Positions 49,701 to 63,674 of a DNA stretch of 64,000 nucleotides are shown one piece after another (within the stretch, counting starts at the first letter, position 1; every line of letters starts with the position of its first letter). Position numbers and translations under genes: made by a program. This DNA is from Lophium mytilinum (Eukaryota), in NCBI GenBank assembly GCA_010093605.1, contig MU004185.1, positions 1,633,334 to 1,697,333 on the forward strand. Reading direction: 5' to 3'. The notes beneath the pieces were generated by a model. That model did not search any database. It saw only the letters and a list, made by a program, of their open reading frames with translations, and had not been told where the DNA came from.

Positions 49701-52700
49701 TGACGTTGTGATAAGAGTTATTATGGTCGCGGGAGAGGACATCGACACCAGAAAAGCCGTTGCGTTTCAGAACTTCATCCCACTGTTCCGCTGATATGAG
49801 CGGGCTTTGGGTCCGGTAACTATCTGTGCCTGGATATGGTTTAGCCATCTCGTCAGATAGTCTGCGGTTAATTTTCACTTACTCTCCCACCACCCTGATA
49901 GACACCCGAAGATGATCGGCGCACCGATGAACTCTGGTTCCGTAATTTCAATGAGCACGAGCTTCCCGTTCTTTTTCAACACTTTTCTCAGCGAGCTAAG
50001 TGTGACGTCTAGCGACTTGGTCGCATGAAGAACATTTGCTGCAATGACGAGATCGTACGATTCCGCTTGATAACCTTGTGCAGACGGGTCTTCCTCGACA
50101 TTAAGAATGCCATATCTCATCTTTGGGTACTCGCTGAACTCGTCTTCCGCTTTTGCGAGGAAAGAGTGGGAGATGTCCGTGAAATCGAATTGGGAGAATC
50201 TTGCCGAGATGCCATGTGACGTTGACGCAGCAAGTGCTTCTAGAATATGCTTGGTTGTAGAACCAGTACCTGCACCAACCTCCAGGATTTTCAATGCTGG
50301 ATTCTTGTGCGATAATAGCTCGATGTAGGTTTTCATAGGTGCCATGAATTTCCACGAGTCTCGCGTAACGTCATAGTAGTCTCGGAAGACGTTGTCGCCG
50401 CTCAAGATCTCAAGGGCATCACGCTCCCCCTTGAGAATTGGGTTCAAATACTGCCCAAAATTGCTGTAGATCTCTCCTAATCGCCCATGGTTCCGCAGGC
50501 GAACATGTAGCTCATCAAGCGCGACATCACTTTCCATCTTACTCGCAGGGTGCTCGATTATCCATGCAAAGTGTTTCCTTAGATGTGGTGGCTGTGACGG
50601 CACGTCTGAAAGTGAGACTTCTTGCGATGCTTTTCGCATGATCACAGAGATGAAGGTCATGATATCTCCCCAGTATTCGGTAGGATCAGGGCACGTAGGG
50701 CGAGCTTCCAAAAGAAATTGTTCGAGCGCTGTCTTGCTCAAGAGAGAAATATCTGGTCGTAGTTTCAGATCAAAGCATAGCCTCCGGGGCTTTTTCTGCT
50801 CTGCATGATCAAAATCAAAATCAGTCACTGCAGTAGCTTCGACTCCATCTGCGGTAACCACTAGGGTACCACTTTCCGGGTCGTAGGCGTTGATTCCTGA
50901 AGATGTCGTGCGAGAATTGATTCGAAGTAAAGAGACGTGAGCTTGAAGTGGAGAGCTGTGACTAGCGTTATGCAAACGGTCGGTTTTGAGGATTCGAAGT
51001 CGGTCTATCCGCGTCGGAACAGTGGTACTGATGTCACGATTGCCACCCAGGGTCGCAGCTGGAAGCATCATTTGCAGTATTCCGTCTAGAGTTGCTGGAT
51101 GAATGACTGCAGTGGTCGTGGATCGGTCTTGAAATGCTGAAACTTGTCCGACCGCCTCATTACCATCGTCGTAGTGTATATGCTCAATGCGTCGAAAGCT
51201 TTCCCCAAAGTGATAGCCTAGCTTATACAGACGACTATACAGTCTTTGTCCGGTGTCTTCCTTTGGAGCCTGCCGTAAGAAGTCCTCGACTTTCGTTGAT
51301 ATCATGCGTGCTGCCTCGGCGATTTCGCGGGCCTCCTCAACAGAAGCTGAGTTACGGTCTTCAAAGATAGCGTGAATAAGCCCCCTACAAATCTCCAGCG
51401 TAGATGAATCTCCATGCGTGCATATGGAGAACTCGAACCCCGGGTGTAATGAGTCGGCTGCATGTCTAAGATAGATGTGCGTTTCGATTCCCTCTTCCTC
51501 TAGAGGAACCGCTAAGGCAGAGAGGAATGTTGCGTTCCTGATCTCATAGGCGACGATTGGTACCGGGCCGCTTTCTAGAATCTGAGTGACGGCCTCAATT
51601 GCCATTACCATCATACCAGCAGCTGGTAGCAATATGGTGCCGTTAATCTAAGCATTTCAGTGGAAGTTTCTTTAGCGAACTGTGCCCACTTACCTTATGA
51701 TCACGGACCCAAGCGCACGTCGAGGTTGGTGAGGCACTAAGGAAATTACGCCAGCGGGGTTCCAGAGGACTCCAATCCATTACCGGTGCACCGATTAAAG
51801 AGTACGGACCGTGCGCCCGAAACCTCAGATTTTTGCTAATCCGTGACTCGGTCCAGTAGGTTTTCGAGTGGTCGAATGGATACTGTGGCAAACCGGGTAG
51901 TGCTACTCCCTTCCGCTGACATTTGTCTCCACTCGCGTTTAGCTGCGTAATTTCCACTGGATACCCCAAGCAGTACAGTTCACCGAGGGCATTCATCAAG
52001 GTGCTGACTGCATGCTTGTGACGAACGAGCAGAGATGCGTAAGTGACCGACTTCCCGCCTGGTACGCCAGTCAGGATCTCCCGAATGGGAACTTGCAATG
52101 CAGAGTGTGGTCCAATCTCCAGCAGATCAGTTGCACAGACTGCATTACGGTGGCTAAGATCAATCTTCTTAGTTGTTCTACCGACTGTAGGAATGCAGCA
52201 TGTCTCGATAGCATCCGCAAATCGGACCGGGGACACCATATTGCGGATCCAGTAAGATGGACGAAGGAGCTCCGCTGGGGAGATGCTTTTTCCCGTCACA
52301 GTAGAGATCATGGGTGGTCCTCGATCGTCCTTCTTTCCGCCTTCAAGCGGAGTAATAGCTCTTTCGTATGCCAAGGATATACCTTCCATCTGCGGTGAGT
52401 GATATGCCACCGGTACAGCCAATACACGGTTGAAAACGCCCTCTTCATCCAAGTACACCTTCAACCGTTGGATCGACGAAGTGTCGCCGGAGATTGTAAT
52501 ATTGCTAGGGCTATTGATGCAAGCCACGCACAGAAACTTGGACCCGGTTGAAGGGGCAATAGTCTTCATGTATGATGTTGCGACCTCGTGATTAAGCGCG
52601 ACTGACATCATAGCACCTGAGACGGAGCTCTTTTTCGAGAGATCGGAAGACAGTATTCCACGATAGTACGCTAGCTTCCAGCCGGATTCGCGGGAGATTA

Positions 52701-55031
52701 CACCTGCTGCGTACGCCGCCGCTATCTCTCCACTGGAATGGCCGAGTACAATTGAGGGTGTAATGTTGAAAGTTTGCAACAGATCTACAAGCGCCATCTG
52801 CAAGATCGTGCACAATGGCTGAGAAAATTGAGCATCGTGAATATCGCCAGCGGCAGAGGGTTCATGGTTGCCGATGAAATCGCTAATTTGCCACGAGCAA
52901 CCAAGGGTTTGCAGATATTGCTCTGCTTGCATCAAGCGTTGTCGAAAGATTGGATATAATAGAAGTTCTGTGCCCATGTTGATCCACTGGGCACCTTGAC
53001 CAGTGAATACAAAACCAAGTTGCGCATTTGGCTTGGCCCTGACCGGTAACGGCACAGTCTCGGTCGCTTTAATTAGGGCATCCATATTATTGGCAACGAT
53101 GAAGCTCTTCCATGGCAGAACACTTCTTCTTTCACTTAGGGTTGTTGCAAGTGACTGGCTGTAAATCTCCTTCAGTGCGTGACTCGTCGTCTTACTTTCT
53201 AGATGTGAATGATATAATTCCAAAAGCCTGGATAAGACCTTCTCATCCGCTGCCGACCAGACAAATAACTGAGGATGATCTGCTGACATTTTACGACTTG
53301 TGGAAACCATCGATGGTAGTTGGCTGGAGCTATACATATCCACATCACCGGGTGGAGATATAGAAGTAGAATGATTTCCTTGGAGGCCGTTTTGGGCTAG
53401 AAAGTTGTACGCATCGTCAAGAACAGCGTGGGCATTAGAACCGCCGAAACCGAATGAGTTCACGGACGCTCGGCGGAGACCCTCAGTCGGCCAAGGGACG
53501 CATGTTGTAGGAAACTATCATACATAGGTCAGGTTTTGAATCATATTTATTAATATATGAATGCTCACAGTTAGGTTCCAAAACTCAGCATCGATCGCTG
53601 GGTTGAGCTGATCAAGATCGGCAATTGGAGGGACAATGCCTCTTTCAAGCACTAAGATAGTCTTCACCACACCAGCTATTCCACTGGTGCCCTCGAGATG
53701 GCCTATGTTAGCTTTTGAGGCGCCACTGTATCCATATATTAGCTTGACTTATCCAATCGCGGTGGAGACTTACACCAGAAGCGGTGATTTTCTCGAGGAC
53801 GATCTGAATGCTTCGCCAATAGCTGCTGCTTCAATCGGATCCCCGGCTGACGTGCCCGTGCCATGTGCCTCGATAAACTGTGTTACGGACATGTCGAGTC
53901 GGGCACGCCGGTAAGTGTCTTGAATCAATCGAATTTGGGCATCTTTACTAGGATGCGCCAAGGTAGTATAGCCGTTTTGATTGGATCCAGTTGCGCGTAC
54001 GACGGCTCGGATAGTATCGCCATCTCGCAATGCAGATGACAGCGGCTTGATGATAAGAGAGCCAAACCCCTCGCCTCGTGCGTACCCATTAGCTCGCTGA
54101 TCGAAGCTGTGACATATACCCTCGGGGGACAGGAATCCCATGTTTGATAGGCCAATGGTGAAATCAAGCGAGTAGATCAGGTTGCATCCAGTGACAATCC
54201 CCTATAGCAGTTGCATAAGCCTACGCTAGATCACTGTGTTTTTGTCCTATACATACCAGTGACGAATTACCGCGACGTAGAGATTCGCAGGCCATGTCCA
54301 ACGCGACGAGACTGCTTGAGCATGCGGTGTCTATGGTCATGCTTGGACCAGTCAGGTTGAAGAAGGTGCTAATACGATTGGACAACATAGAACCAGCGGA
54401 ACCTGTTGCAAAATACTTCGGTAATCTTTCTGGATCTTTTGCGGCAAGCAGTAAGTAGTCCGCAGTGAAACAGCCAGTGAAAACTGAAGCATCGGTGCCG
54501 CTGATGGCCGAAATTGGTATGCCAGCTAGGAGATATCAGTAACTAGATTCAAAGATTCGATAAGCAGGAGACCTGCCATCTTCCAACGCTCTGTACGTTG
54601 TTTCTAAGAGTCCACGCTGTTGTGGATCCATTGCTCCCGCCTCAGCTTCTGTGATGGAGAAAAACGGTGCATCGAAAGCTCCGATGTCGCGGTCTAGAAA
54701 ATATGACCTTTCAGGACGTATCTTGAAAACATGCATTAGTACATATAAGATCTTGCTTGACAGAGTGCGATTGCCCTACAGATCCTTGTGAGCCTTCAGC
54801 GGCATTGTGCCAGGCGCCGTGATTCGATCTTTCTGAAGGAAAGGGTCGCGCAACAGAACGACCCTTTGCTAAAAGCTCCCAGAACTCATCTGCAGTGCTG
54901 GCTTGCGGAAAGTCGATGCTGAAGCCAGTAATTGCGATCGCGTCCTGTATCTCTTCATGGCTAGTTGTAGAATTTCTGTCTGATGCCTGCACCGATATAT
55001 CTCTCTTCTCATCTAGGGAGTGCGGAGACAT
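46793..55031 (-). CDS. Highly reducing iterative type I polyketide synthase (KS-AT-DH-cMT-ER-KR-ACP)
   Basis: Nine exons: 55031-54780, 54721-54577, 54525-54257, 54201-53774, 53725-53569, 53514-51694, 51647-49883, 49829-48007, 47959-46793. [48 protein letters not shown]; c[48 protein letters not shown]. Confidence 0.96.
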
Positions 55032-55763
55032 GGCAAGAGCCAAATATCAGTTTTAAGAAAACGGATGCTTGAAGCACCAGGGGAGGATGTGTAACAAGGG
55101 GAGGGATGTGTCTTCAGGATACCCCATGGCCACCAGGCCCCAGGTCCCGCTATGACCTTCGACCTTCTCCAAGCCCGCTCTAGCACACCTCAGACGCGGC
55201 ACGGCATCTGGCTAGCACCCGAGATCACCTCCTGCGCCCAGCCTCCACCAAGCAGTCCCTAGCGCTGGCGTCGATTGCCGTCTTCCATTGGGTGTCCTGT
55301 AAGGTTGAGATCGTCCCGAAGCCAAGGAATCTCTGCGCCTGTGTTGATTTGGAATGACGCCGCTATTCCCGGTTAGCGCAACCTCTATGTCTAGTTGTCT
55401 TTCCAGGGTACCGCTTCGGTAATGCAACGATAAGCGCCAGCCGTAATATTACTTGTCTACTCCGCACTATTCGGGGCAAAAGGTCAATATGTAGTCTCAT
55501 CTTTCCCATCCAACCCTACACGAAGCCCTACCATCCTTCCAAATGACGCGAAAAAGAGACTAGAACACAGTAAAGCCTAATTAACATTCGTTCTTTACTG
55601 CTCATTGCTCTACCATTCAGCGTTGAACTATCGGCGACTCCTTTTTCATACCAACACATTCGGCCCTAAGGGTACTCATTGCTGTACAGTTCAGCTCTTA
55701 GATGTTTACCTAGGTGTTAGAACATAGCCAGATGTTATAGCCAGATACTACCGTACATCCACC

Positions 55764-56540
55764 ATGCGGTTCCTCTGCCTACATGGAATGGGCACCAACA
55801 ACAAGGTCAGTCACCGCGTAATGGCCTTTCCCAGCCCACCAAATGACCGAATGGGCTAGGTGTTCGAGATCCAGACAGGTAAAACCCGCCTCACGAAAAA
55901 CGAACCCTAGAATTAACAAGTTGCGCCAGCCGCACTCCGCTACGCCCTCGGCGACCACCACACTTACGAATTCGCCGAAGGCGTCGTCCCCACCGCCATC
56001 AACCCCTCCATCACCAGCTTCTTCCCCGCCACCGACGCCTACTTCCAGTACTTTGAAGAAAACGACGCAGCCAGCTGCCTGAAAGCCGTGAACGACTTAG
56101 AAGCGTTCATAGCCGTCGAAGGACCCTTCGACGGCGTCCTTGCGTTTTCCCAAGGCGCGGCTGTGGCGGCGACGCTGATGGTGCGACGGCTGCAGCAAGA
56201 TCGGGCTGGTGAGCTGGTCGCGCCTGTGTTCAAGTGCGGTATCTTTCTGGGCGCGGCGGTTCCGTGCGATGCGGCGGAGCTGGATGGGGGCGTTGTGCGC
56301 GAGATGAGGTGTGAGGTGGATGGGGAAGTGATTCAGGTGCCGACGACGCATATTTGGGGGGAGAAGGATGAGTCGCCATATCCGCCCCGGCTTGCGGCGC
56401 TGTGTGCGAGTCGGCTGAAGAACGTGTATGTGCACGGAGGGGGTCATGAGGTTCCTGGCTCTAATATGGATGAGGCGTTGAGGGAGAGTGTGAGGGTTAT
56501 TAAGCGCGCTATATCTATGGCGCAGTATAAGCAAGCATAG
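55764..56540 (+). CDS. FSH1/LovG-like serine hydrolase (candidate polyketide-release esterase)
   Basis: MRFLCLHGMGTN, GPFDGVLAFSQGA (nucleophile), HIWGEKD, HGGGHEVP. Two introns around a 19-nt exon (55860-55878). Divergent from the PKS. Confidence 0.9.
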
Positions 56541-56821
56541 AACCTCCTAAACAATTGAAAATAAGCAAAAGTTAAGCTATGAAACTTTCCAGACATATAG
56601 ACTTACCTTTTGTAGGAGGAAGAGAGCTGAGAGGTTGTTAAGAGGTCGTTGAGAAGGATGAAGGGGAAGGCACGTGACGCTTGGCCTCCCCCGAGAGCAG
56701 TCAACACCACGCTTCGTGTCCTAGTCAGGCATAACGGGAAACATATTACCAGGACTAGTAGCCAAGCTTGATACTATCTAGGCCTGTTCAGCACTTATTA
56801 GTCACGTACCCAACGCTGCAA

Positions 56822-58616
56822 TCAAGAGCCCTTCAGCAATCTACCTCCATACCCACCCTCTTCATCTTTCCACCGTCCAAGACTCACATCATACTCGCTT
56901 ACCAGCACCCTCTCCTCTATACCCACCGTTCTTCTTTTACAGAACACCAAGATTCTATCCATTGGCGCCCCCTCCAGAAGTACCTCCACCTCCCTCAACC
57001 TATACTCCTGTGGCAACGTCTCCATCTCCAAATCCAGTTCTTTGATCTCACTCTCAAGCTCAGCTTCATCCCCCATATCCACACCCTCATAGAAGCCCCT
57101 CTCTTCGACCTCCATAACCTTCCTTGCTACGCAAGCAGCCGTAATAGAGTCCCAAAGCCCTTCGCGATGGAAGGTCTGTTCAAGCAAGCGGACCGCCCGG
57201 AGCCTGATTGGGTGCACGCGACACTTGATCGCAACAAAGTACAATGGCGCAACCCAGCCAACATCGACGATAGAGTTCGTCATATTCACGTATTGGCCCG
57301 GCAGCTTCGGCGCGGCGTTCCCACGCGAGGGTTCAGGAGTGCCGAAATACAACGTCCCGGCATGCTGCAGCAGGAGTCGGAACCGGGGCGTCTGGACATC
57401 GAAGATTGATTCGTCGTCTGGTTGTAGGCAGGTGGCCGCCATGATAGTTGCCATGGTGTGGTAGAGTTGCAGGAGTCTGTAGACTTTTTCTTCGTCTCCG
57501 GAGCGGGCCTTGTGGTTGAAGAGTTCGTGCTTGTGGTGCCACTGCGTAAGTTCTATTTCGATGCATACTTGGGATTCGAGGAGCGTGAGCGGAGTGTGGA
57601 GGGCTTCGATCGGAGCAGCGACGTGCTGGCGAGCTTGGTGGGTTAGGTGGAAGATCTGGTTTAGCAGCCGCTCTAATTCCTGCCAGGCGTCGTTGATAGA
57701 TCCGAAGTCTTTGGCGAGATGATCGGGCCCTGTACTTTGTAAAATGAGGCAATCCTGAGCTGGGCCCTGAGATAAGAGACTTGGGTGCTGATACGTGTAC
57801 TTAAACAGCTCAACCTGGAGCCGTAGCCGAGAGAATGCGGAGATAATCCAGTCGTCCGTAGACTCCCTCGAAGTCCGAACTCGAGGTGTTCCATCCTCCC
57901 CAGCGGAAAGAACCTCCATCTGCTGCAGTACCTTGAGCCCGCTCATCAGATGAAGCTGCGCAGCACTAAAATGCCCTCTTAGCAATTCGAGACATACGAA
58001 AACAACACACGTGATCAGCGCGACGCGAGAAGAGGCTCTATCGTTAAGTTCGAAATGCGGTCGGAGATGCTTTATAGCTTTGCTATAGTGCTGTAACGTA
58101 ATATGCTCTTGATGGTCTGCGCTTTTGACGATGCCGCCCTTGTGCACAGCACTTAGAGCCAGAACAGCATGGAGGATCGCTGGCTCATTCAGGGTCGCTT
58201 GGAATAGCAACGTCGTCCAGAAATTAGAGATGAAGCTTCCAGGAAGTTTGGGGGCGGTGCGGTGGGTGAACCATTCAAGGTAGCCGGTATCCTCTTTACC
58301 TGTTACGAGGAGAGACAAGGGCGCATGCGGTCGGGGGATGATAGCACTAGAATATCCATTCAAATTAGGGGCTTTCTGAGGTTGCCGGTTTCCATAGTAG
58401 TTTCCACCACCTCCCCAGATCCCATACCCATCACAGACGCGGCCAGTGGAGATGCATCGCTCACAGGCAGGGCGGCCTTCATCGCATTTGACTTTTCGAA
58501 TCCTGGCGGCTGATTAGCTTCGATCGCTTGACTTTACATGGCAAGAAGACTCACTTGCAAGTGCGGCAGCCGGATTTGGCTTTGCGTTTACCTGGGCGAC
58601 GAGTGCGAGAGTCCAT
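56822..58616 (-). CDS. Zn(II)2Cys6 transcription factor (likely cluster-associated regulator)
   Basis: KSGCRTCK|IRKVKCDEGRPACERCISTGRVCDGY with intron 58503-58554; EPAILHAVLALSAVH and REGLWD middle-domain motifs. Confidence 0.92.
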
Positions 58617-59095
58617 GGTGGAGTGAGAGGGGGGAGTAAGCCCCTTAAGTATCCACGATTCGATCCGCTCGGATCCTCTGCCATCTGATTGGCCGGGTCC
58701 TAACTAGGGGCATCGACCCAAGGGAACTCCACCCAACACCATAAGCACCTGGAAGCAGCGCTGCTTGCGATATCTCTTAGCACTGTGCCACTATGTTCCT
58801 GCCTCTGACGCTTATACTAATTTCATTTGATTGCTCGGGATCTATGTATAGTTATTGGCCCGTTAGTCTGGCCCCTCTGGGCCACTTTTCCAACTCCAAC
58901 GGAGTTAAAGAAACCTCCTAGCCGTAAAGGTGGAATCCGACGGATATGTAGAACCTTACAGCAAACATATAGTTCAACTGTTGGTAAATAGCTTGAGCTA
59001 TAAAGCGCTGACTCCCATCGTCTCTGGAAATATTCAGAGAGCAATCTCATAGTCTTTTACCCTTCCGCCAAATCTTACACATACCTCAAGTCAAT

Positions 59096-60296
59096 ATGCC
59101 TGTCAAACTCGTTCCACTTGGCAAGAATGGCCCTAGCGTGCCTCAACTGGGCTTCGGCCTCATGGGCATGTCGTATGATTCCTACGGCTCCATCCCCAGC
59201 GACGAAGAACGCTTCGCCATCCTCGACCGCGCCTACGAGCTAGGCGCGAGGTTCTGGGATAGCTCTGAGTAAGCCCTTCCCTCCCTCTCGTCTCATCAAC
59301 CCAGACAGGTACACACACATGCTGACTATGTAAAACTCTTAGTCTATACGGCGACAACGAAGTCCTCCTCGCAAAATGGTTTAAGCGAACTGGCAAGCGC
59401 TCCGAGATCTTCCTCGCCACCAAATTCGGCTTCGTCAAAGGTAGCCCGAGCTACGCGGTCAACAGCTCCGGCGAGTACTGCAAGACAGCGTGTGCAGAGA
59501 GTTTGAGATTGCTGGAGATCGACTATATTGATCTGTACTACATGCATCATGCAAACCCCAAGACGCCGATTGAGGAGACGATGCGCGCGTTGGTGGAACT
59601 GAAGGCGTGAGTCTGACTAATTTGACTTCTTCATTTCTCCTCGCGTGGTCACTTGGTCGAGACCCTCAAGTTGCGCTTGCACTTGCTAACACCGGAATCT
59701 TTAGGGAGGGCAAAATCAAGCACATCGGGCTGTCAGCCGTCTCGTCTGCCACACTGCGCCGCGCAGTTGCAATCGGACCTGTCGACGCGGTACAGGTAGA
59801 TTACTCGCCGTTTGTACTAGAGATCGAGAGCGACGTAGGCACCAACATCCTATCTACCTGCCGCGAACTCGGTATCGCGGTTGTCGCTGCCATGCCCCTG
59901 GGCCGCGGTATGATTACCTCCACTTTCGCGGCTGGTAAGCCAACCGGCGATGAGAAAGACAAACGGCCGGTTGTCATGCCGCGGTTCCAAGAGGGCAATC
60001 GCGCGAAAAACATTCAGGTTGTCAGCCAATTCCAGGCGGTGGCTGAGAAGAGGGGATGTACGGTGGCTCAGCTAGCGCTCGCATGGTTGCTCAAACAGGG
60101 TGACGACGTGATTCCGATCCCGGGAACGAAAAGGTTGAAGTATCTGGAGGAGAATTGGGCTGCAGTTGATATAAAGCTCTCGGATGAAGACGAAAAGGAG
60201 ATCAGACGCTTCTTAGAGACGGCCGACATCGCAGGGACCGCGCTACCACCGGCATTTGCGAATCACGCGTACGTTGACACTGCGGAAGAGTCGTGA
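59096..60296 (+). CDS. Aldo-keto reductase (YakC-like)
   Basis: LGFGLMGMS, FWDSS, IFLATKFG, DYIDLYYMH, EGKIKHIGLS, AQLALAWLL, IPIPGTK..YLEEN. Two introns. Confidence 0.93.
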
Positions 60297-60404
60297 AATT
60301 GAGTCGCGAAAGTAAGTGTCTTGGAAGTATGGAATGGATGTCGCGTCAATAAACTGTTGCTAGTGGGAAGAGTGCGAGAGTCTGTGGCCTACAGGACACA
60401 AGCC

Positions 60405-62358
60405 TCAAGCTAAAATAACAGTCTCCATCTGAGCTTTCCCTTGCCGCACAAACCGCTGCAGTTCTTCCTCTCTCTCGCTATGGCTCGTGCTGCTGATGTT
60501 CCCCCACCAATTTAATTTGCGCAGCTGCTCGAAAGGCACCCAGCAAATTCCGATTCGGCGGAAAGCCAGGCCTACCTTGAGTTCAGAGATGCGGGTAAGT
60601 ATCAAGGCCTGCATTCGACTTTCGTCGGAATACAGTAATAGAAGGAACGTGTTTGGGGGAAGTTCTACTTCTTCGTGATCGAACGTAGCAGGAACGACGT
60701 ATCTTGTCCCATTTTGCAGCTTCACGGCGAGATTGACGCCCGAAACATCGTCTTTGATGAGGCGGACTCCTTCGATAAGTGGCGCAGTGAGCATAACCCA
60801 GGCGTCCTCAATCGCACCATATGGGTCTGAACTCCCCACTCGAAGGGTCTGGTTGTGGGCAACGTATTTGCAAAGACGTCCGCCCATGATGCCTTTGGAA
60901 GCAGCACGGTACCAGATCGGTCCCTGAGATGCCGCCCAAGAAAATGAAGGAGCAATGTGAGTTTTCCTTTTGATCTTTCTGAATATGTATGGGCCATTGC
61001 GTTTCGGATACCAGAGCAAGCTGTTACACAGTTGACTATCGTTCACCCAGATGCCTGCACAGTAGGTGAGGCCGCTGGTTTGGGCTACGGTCTTGGCGAC
61101 ACCAGAGATGGCAGGCAGCGTGTCGGATTCGTATGTGATGGCGCAATCGGTAAAACTCTCCACAATGTCATACCATGGAAGGGAGCGCGGGGGCTCGGCT
61201 AGGTTGGACCTCATTTCGAGCTGTGTGTCCTCTGATTTCGCCATGCCGTTGCACTCCCAGAATGTTTGAGCCGATCCAAAAAGGATTTTGCGTCGAGAGA
61301 GGTAGCGCTCTTGGATGACCCATGCTCTTCTGGATAGAGGTTCTGGATGCGAATCGGCAGCGCGTGAAGTGCTATTCTCATAGTAGTCTCGAAGCACGAG
61401 ATACAGCTTCGTTTCCTGGCCGGAGCGGTTGGGCTCTTGCTTAGTGACATAGATCTCGTGCCTAAGTGACAGAAAGCCGTCGACAGCGGATGATGCCCTG
61501 GATGCGGAAATGGTGATATCAGCGTTGCTGTATACTGAAGACATGGTTGCCGATTCCCTTAGCCAGTCGGCTGGGACATCCTGTATGATGCAGAGAGAAT
61601 CTATCCACAAATGACGTTTCCCCAGAAGTCGTGTGACTTCAATAGCATCCTCAAAAGTCTGGGGCAGGGAGGACGCAGGGATATCGACTTGAAACTGCGA
61701 GATATTGGATGAAGTGGTAACCAGGGGCTTTGACGGTCCCCAGCAATGGCTTAGTGCAACATAACTGGCTTCTACAGCTTCTATATCTGTAGAAAGTACA
61801 AGTCGAGTTTGCTTAGATGAAGCCACACCGACATCTAAGAGTCTTGTTGGTAGAAATGTCGAGTCTGGCTTCTTGCATTGGGAATGGCCTTGATCGCATT
61901 CATGGATCCAGTCCCGCATACGACGGAGAGATTTAGCAGATGAAGGGTTCGCATCAACAAGCGCATCTGATACGCATTATGAGCTTGATTAAGAATAACT
62001 TCAGAGATGAGGAAAGTCGCTGAGCACGGCCATACCCACCTTCGGTTGTCCATACCATCCAGGAAATCAAGGTCCACCCAGGATTGCTAATGAATGAGAG
62101 TCTGCGGTGGTTGCCATCTTTACGGAGAGAGACGATGATGGAGGCTTTGTTGTCATCCCCTAGATCGTCGTGTTGGCGACTTGCTTTTTCTAAGAGAGCG
62201 TCTTTTGTAAGGCGGCAGATATCACATGACAACGCTGACTTAAAAAATTCTGACTGAGGTATAGTGCAAAGGTCTTGGAGATCCCCATCTCCTAGATTAT
62301 CTAAAGCTTGGCTGAGTTGAAGATCGCTACACCTGTCACACAGTAGTGCTGACACCAT
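60405..62358 (-). CDS. HET domain protein
   Basis: WIHECDQGH..C, LPTRLLDV, YVALSHCWG, LPQTFEDAI, LWIDSLCIIQD..DW..ES..M..VY, RRAWVIQER, APSFSWAS-like. Probable intron 61967-62039 joins an N-terminal LCDRC exon. Confidence 0.9.
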
Positions 62359-63150
62359 GCTGTCACGGAGAGAAGGCCGGCCACGCGAAGGAACTGTTGC
62401 CCCAGTATAGGTGGTCAACAACAGTAGAGAACTGGGAATAGCGGTATAAGCGCTCGTAACATTTAGTCTGATAGATTGTTTGTTTCGCGACGGGACGAAT
62501 AGAAAGCGTCTCGGAGAAGCAGGCTGAAGGAGGTTGTTCAGCTTGGATTACGTACGCAGCCTCAAAACTCAGCAAGCTCATCGCCAAGTGAAAGCTTAAC
62601 CCAGCCTTCCGCGGCCCCCAGCCACAGTGCCACGAATCTCCAGCTGGGCGGAAACCATGCAAGGAGGCTACGCTGTGGTTGTGGCAACGTATCGTCACCT
62701 AGACGCTGTATAATAACAGCGACGGGGTAGTGTTTTGGCAGTGCAGCATGGCCACACTGGTGGCACGCTACGGGTATCAGAAGACGGTGTGTATAATTGA
62801 CGCGTAATGGGATAGTCGACTTTGGCCAATTGTGACGTGGTGATGGCCTTTGTGTGGCTTAGTAGGGCCGACCTAGCCGCGCCCAGAAGCACGCCCCCGC
62901 CGATTCCTCTACCTACCCTTGCTGTCGCATTCCTCGACTCCTCTTTTAACTTCAGCTCTTCGCGCTTCTACACCTCACTCACCCTCTGATTGACCACTCC
63001 GCGCATCTGCTTGTAGGTGTTTATTGACCGTCTAATTACAAAGACAACAGATACTGACAAAGGACAAGCGCCCAAACACCAGAAACCGCCGTCACTCTAC
63101 GACCTCCGTCACCGCCAACCTCCTCGACACCAACCCAATACCTCCACACA

Positions 63151-63674
63151 ATGTCTGCGAACAACTACTACCAAGGTCAGGGTCAGCCCCAGTACCCGCC
63201 CCAGAGGTAGGCCTCCACCACTGCCCATCAATCTCCAAGAGTTATCGCAGGTAGCTAACTTGCCATCAGCTACGGACCACCCCAGGGCGGCTACCCTCCA
63301 CAGGGCTACCCACAGCAGGGCTACCCTCCTCAGGGCGGATACCCACCACAGCAGGTACTTTCCCCTCTAGTTTTCCCGTAATACTAGTCGTAGGCAAAGC
63401 AACTGACAAGAGATAGATGCAATACCAGCAAGGTCCTCCTCAGCAAGCGCCACGCCAGAAGAAGGATCGCGGATGCTTGGGCGCATGGTGAGTGAAATCC
63501 TCTATCATTCAACTCAATTACCGCATCCCCCAAGCCTATGACAATCAAAGAATCTAAGAACATCACTGACGTAATACGTCTGTAACCAGTCTCGCCGCCC
63601 TCTGCTGCTGCTTCGTCTGCGAAGAAGGCTGTGAATGCTGCGCCGACTGCTGCGAGTGCTGTCTCGAGTGCTAG
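63151..63674 (+). CDS. CYSTM (cysteine-rich tail-anchored membrane) protein
   Basis: Q/G/Y/P-rich repeats (QGGYPPQ) then KKDRGCLGAC|LAALCCCFVCEEGCECCADCCECCLEC*. Three introns. Confidence 0.9.

Noticed and set aside
61920..62421. Apparent frameshift between the two ORFs of the second HET gene
   Set aside because: Resolved by a plausible phase-1 intron 61967-62039 (GTGGGT...CAG).
63280..63355. Short tandem CAGGGC..TACCC repeats resembling an array
   Set aside because: They encode the QGGYPP repeats of the CYSTM protein; no spacers, not CRISPR-like.
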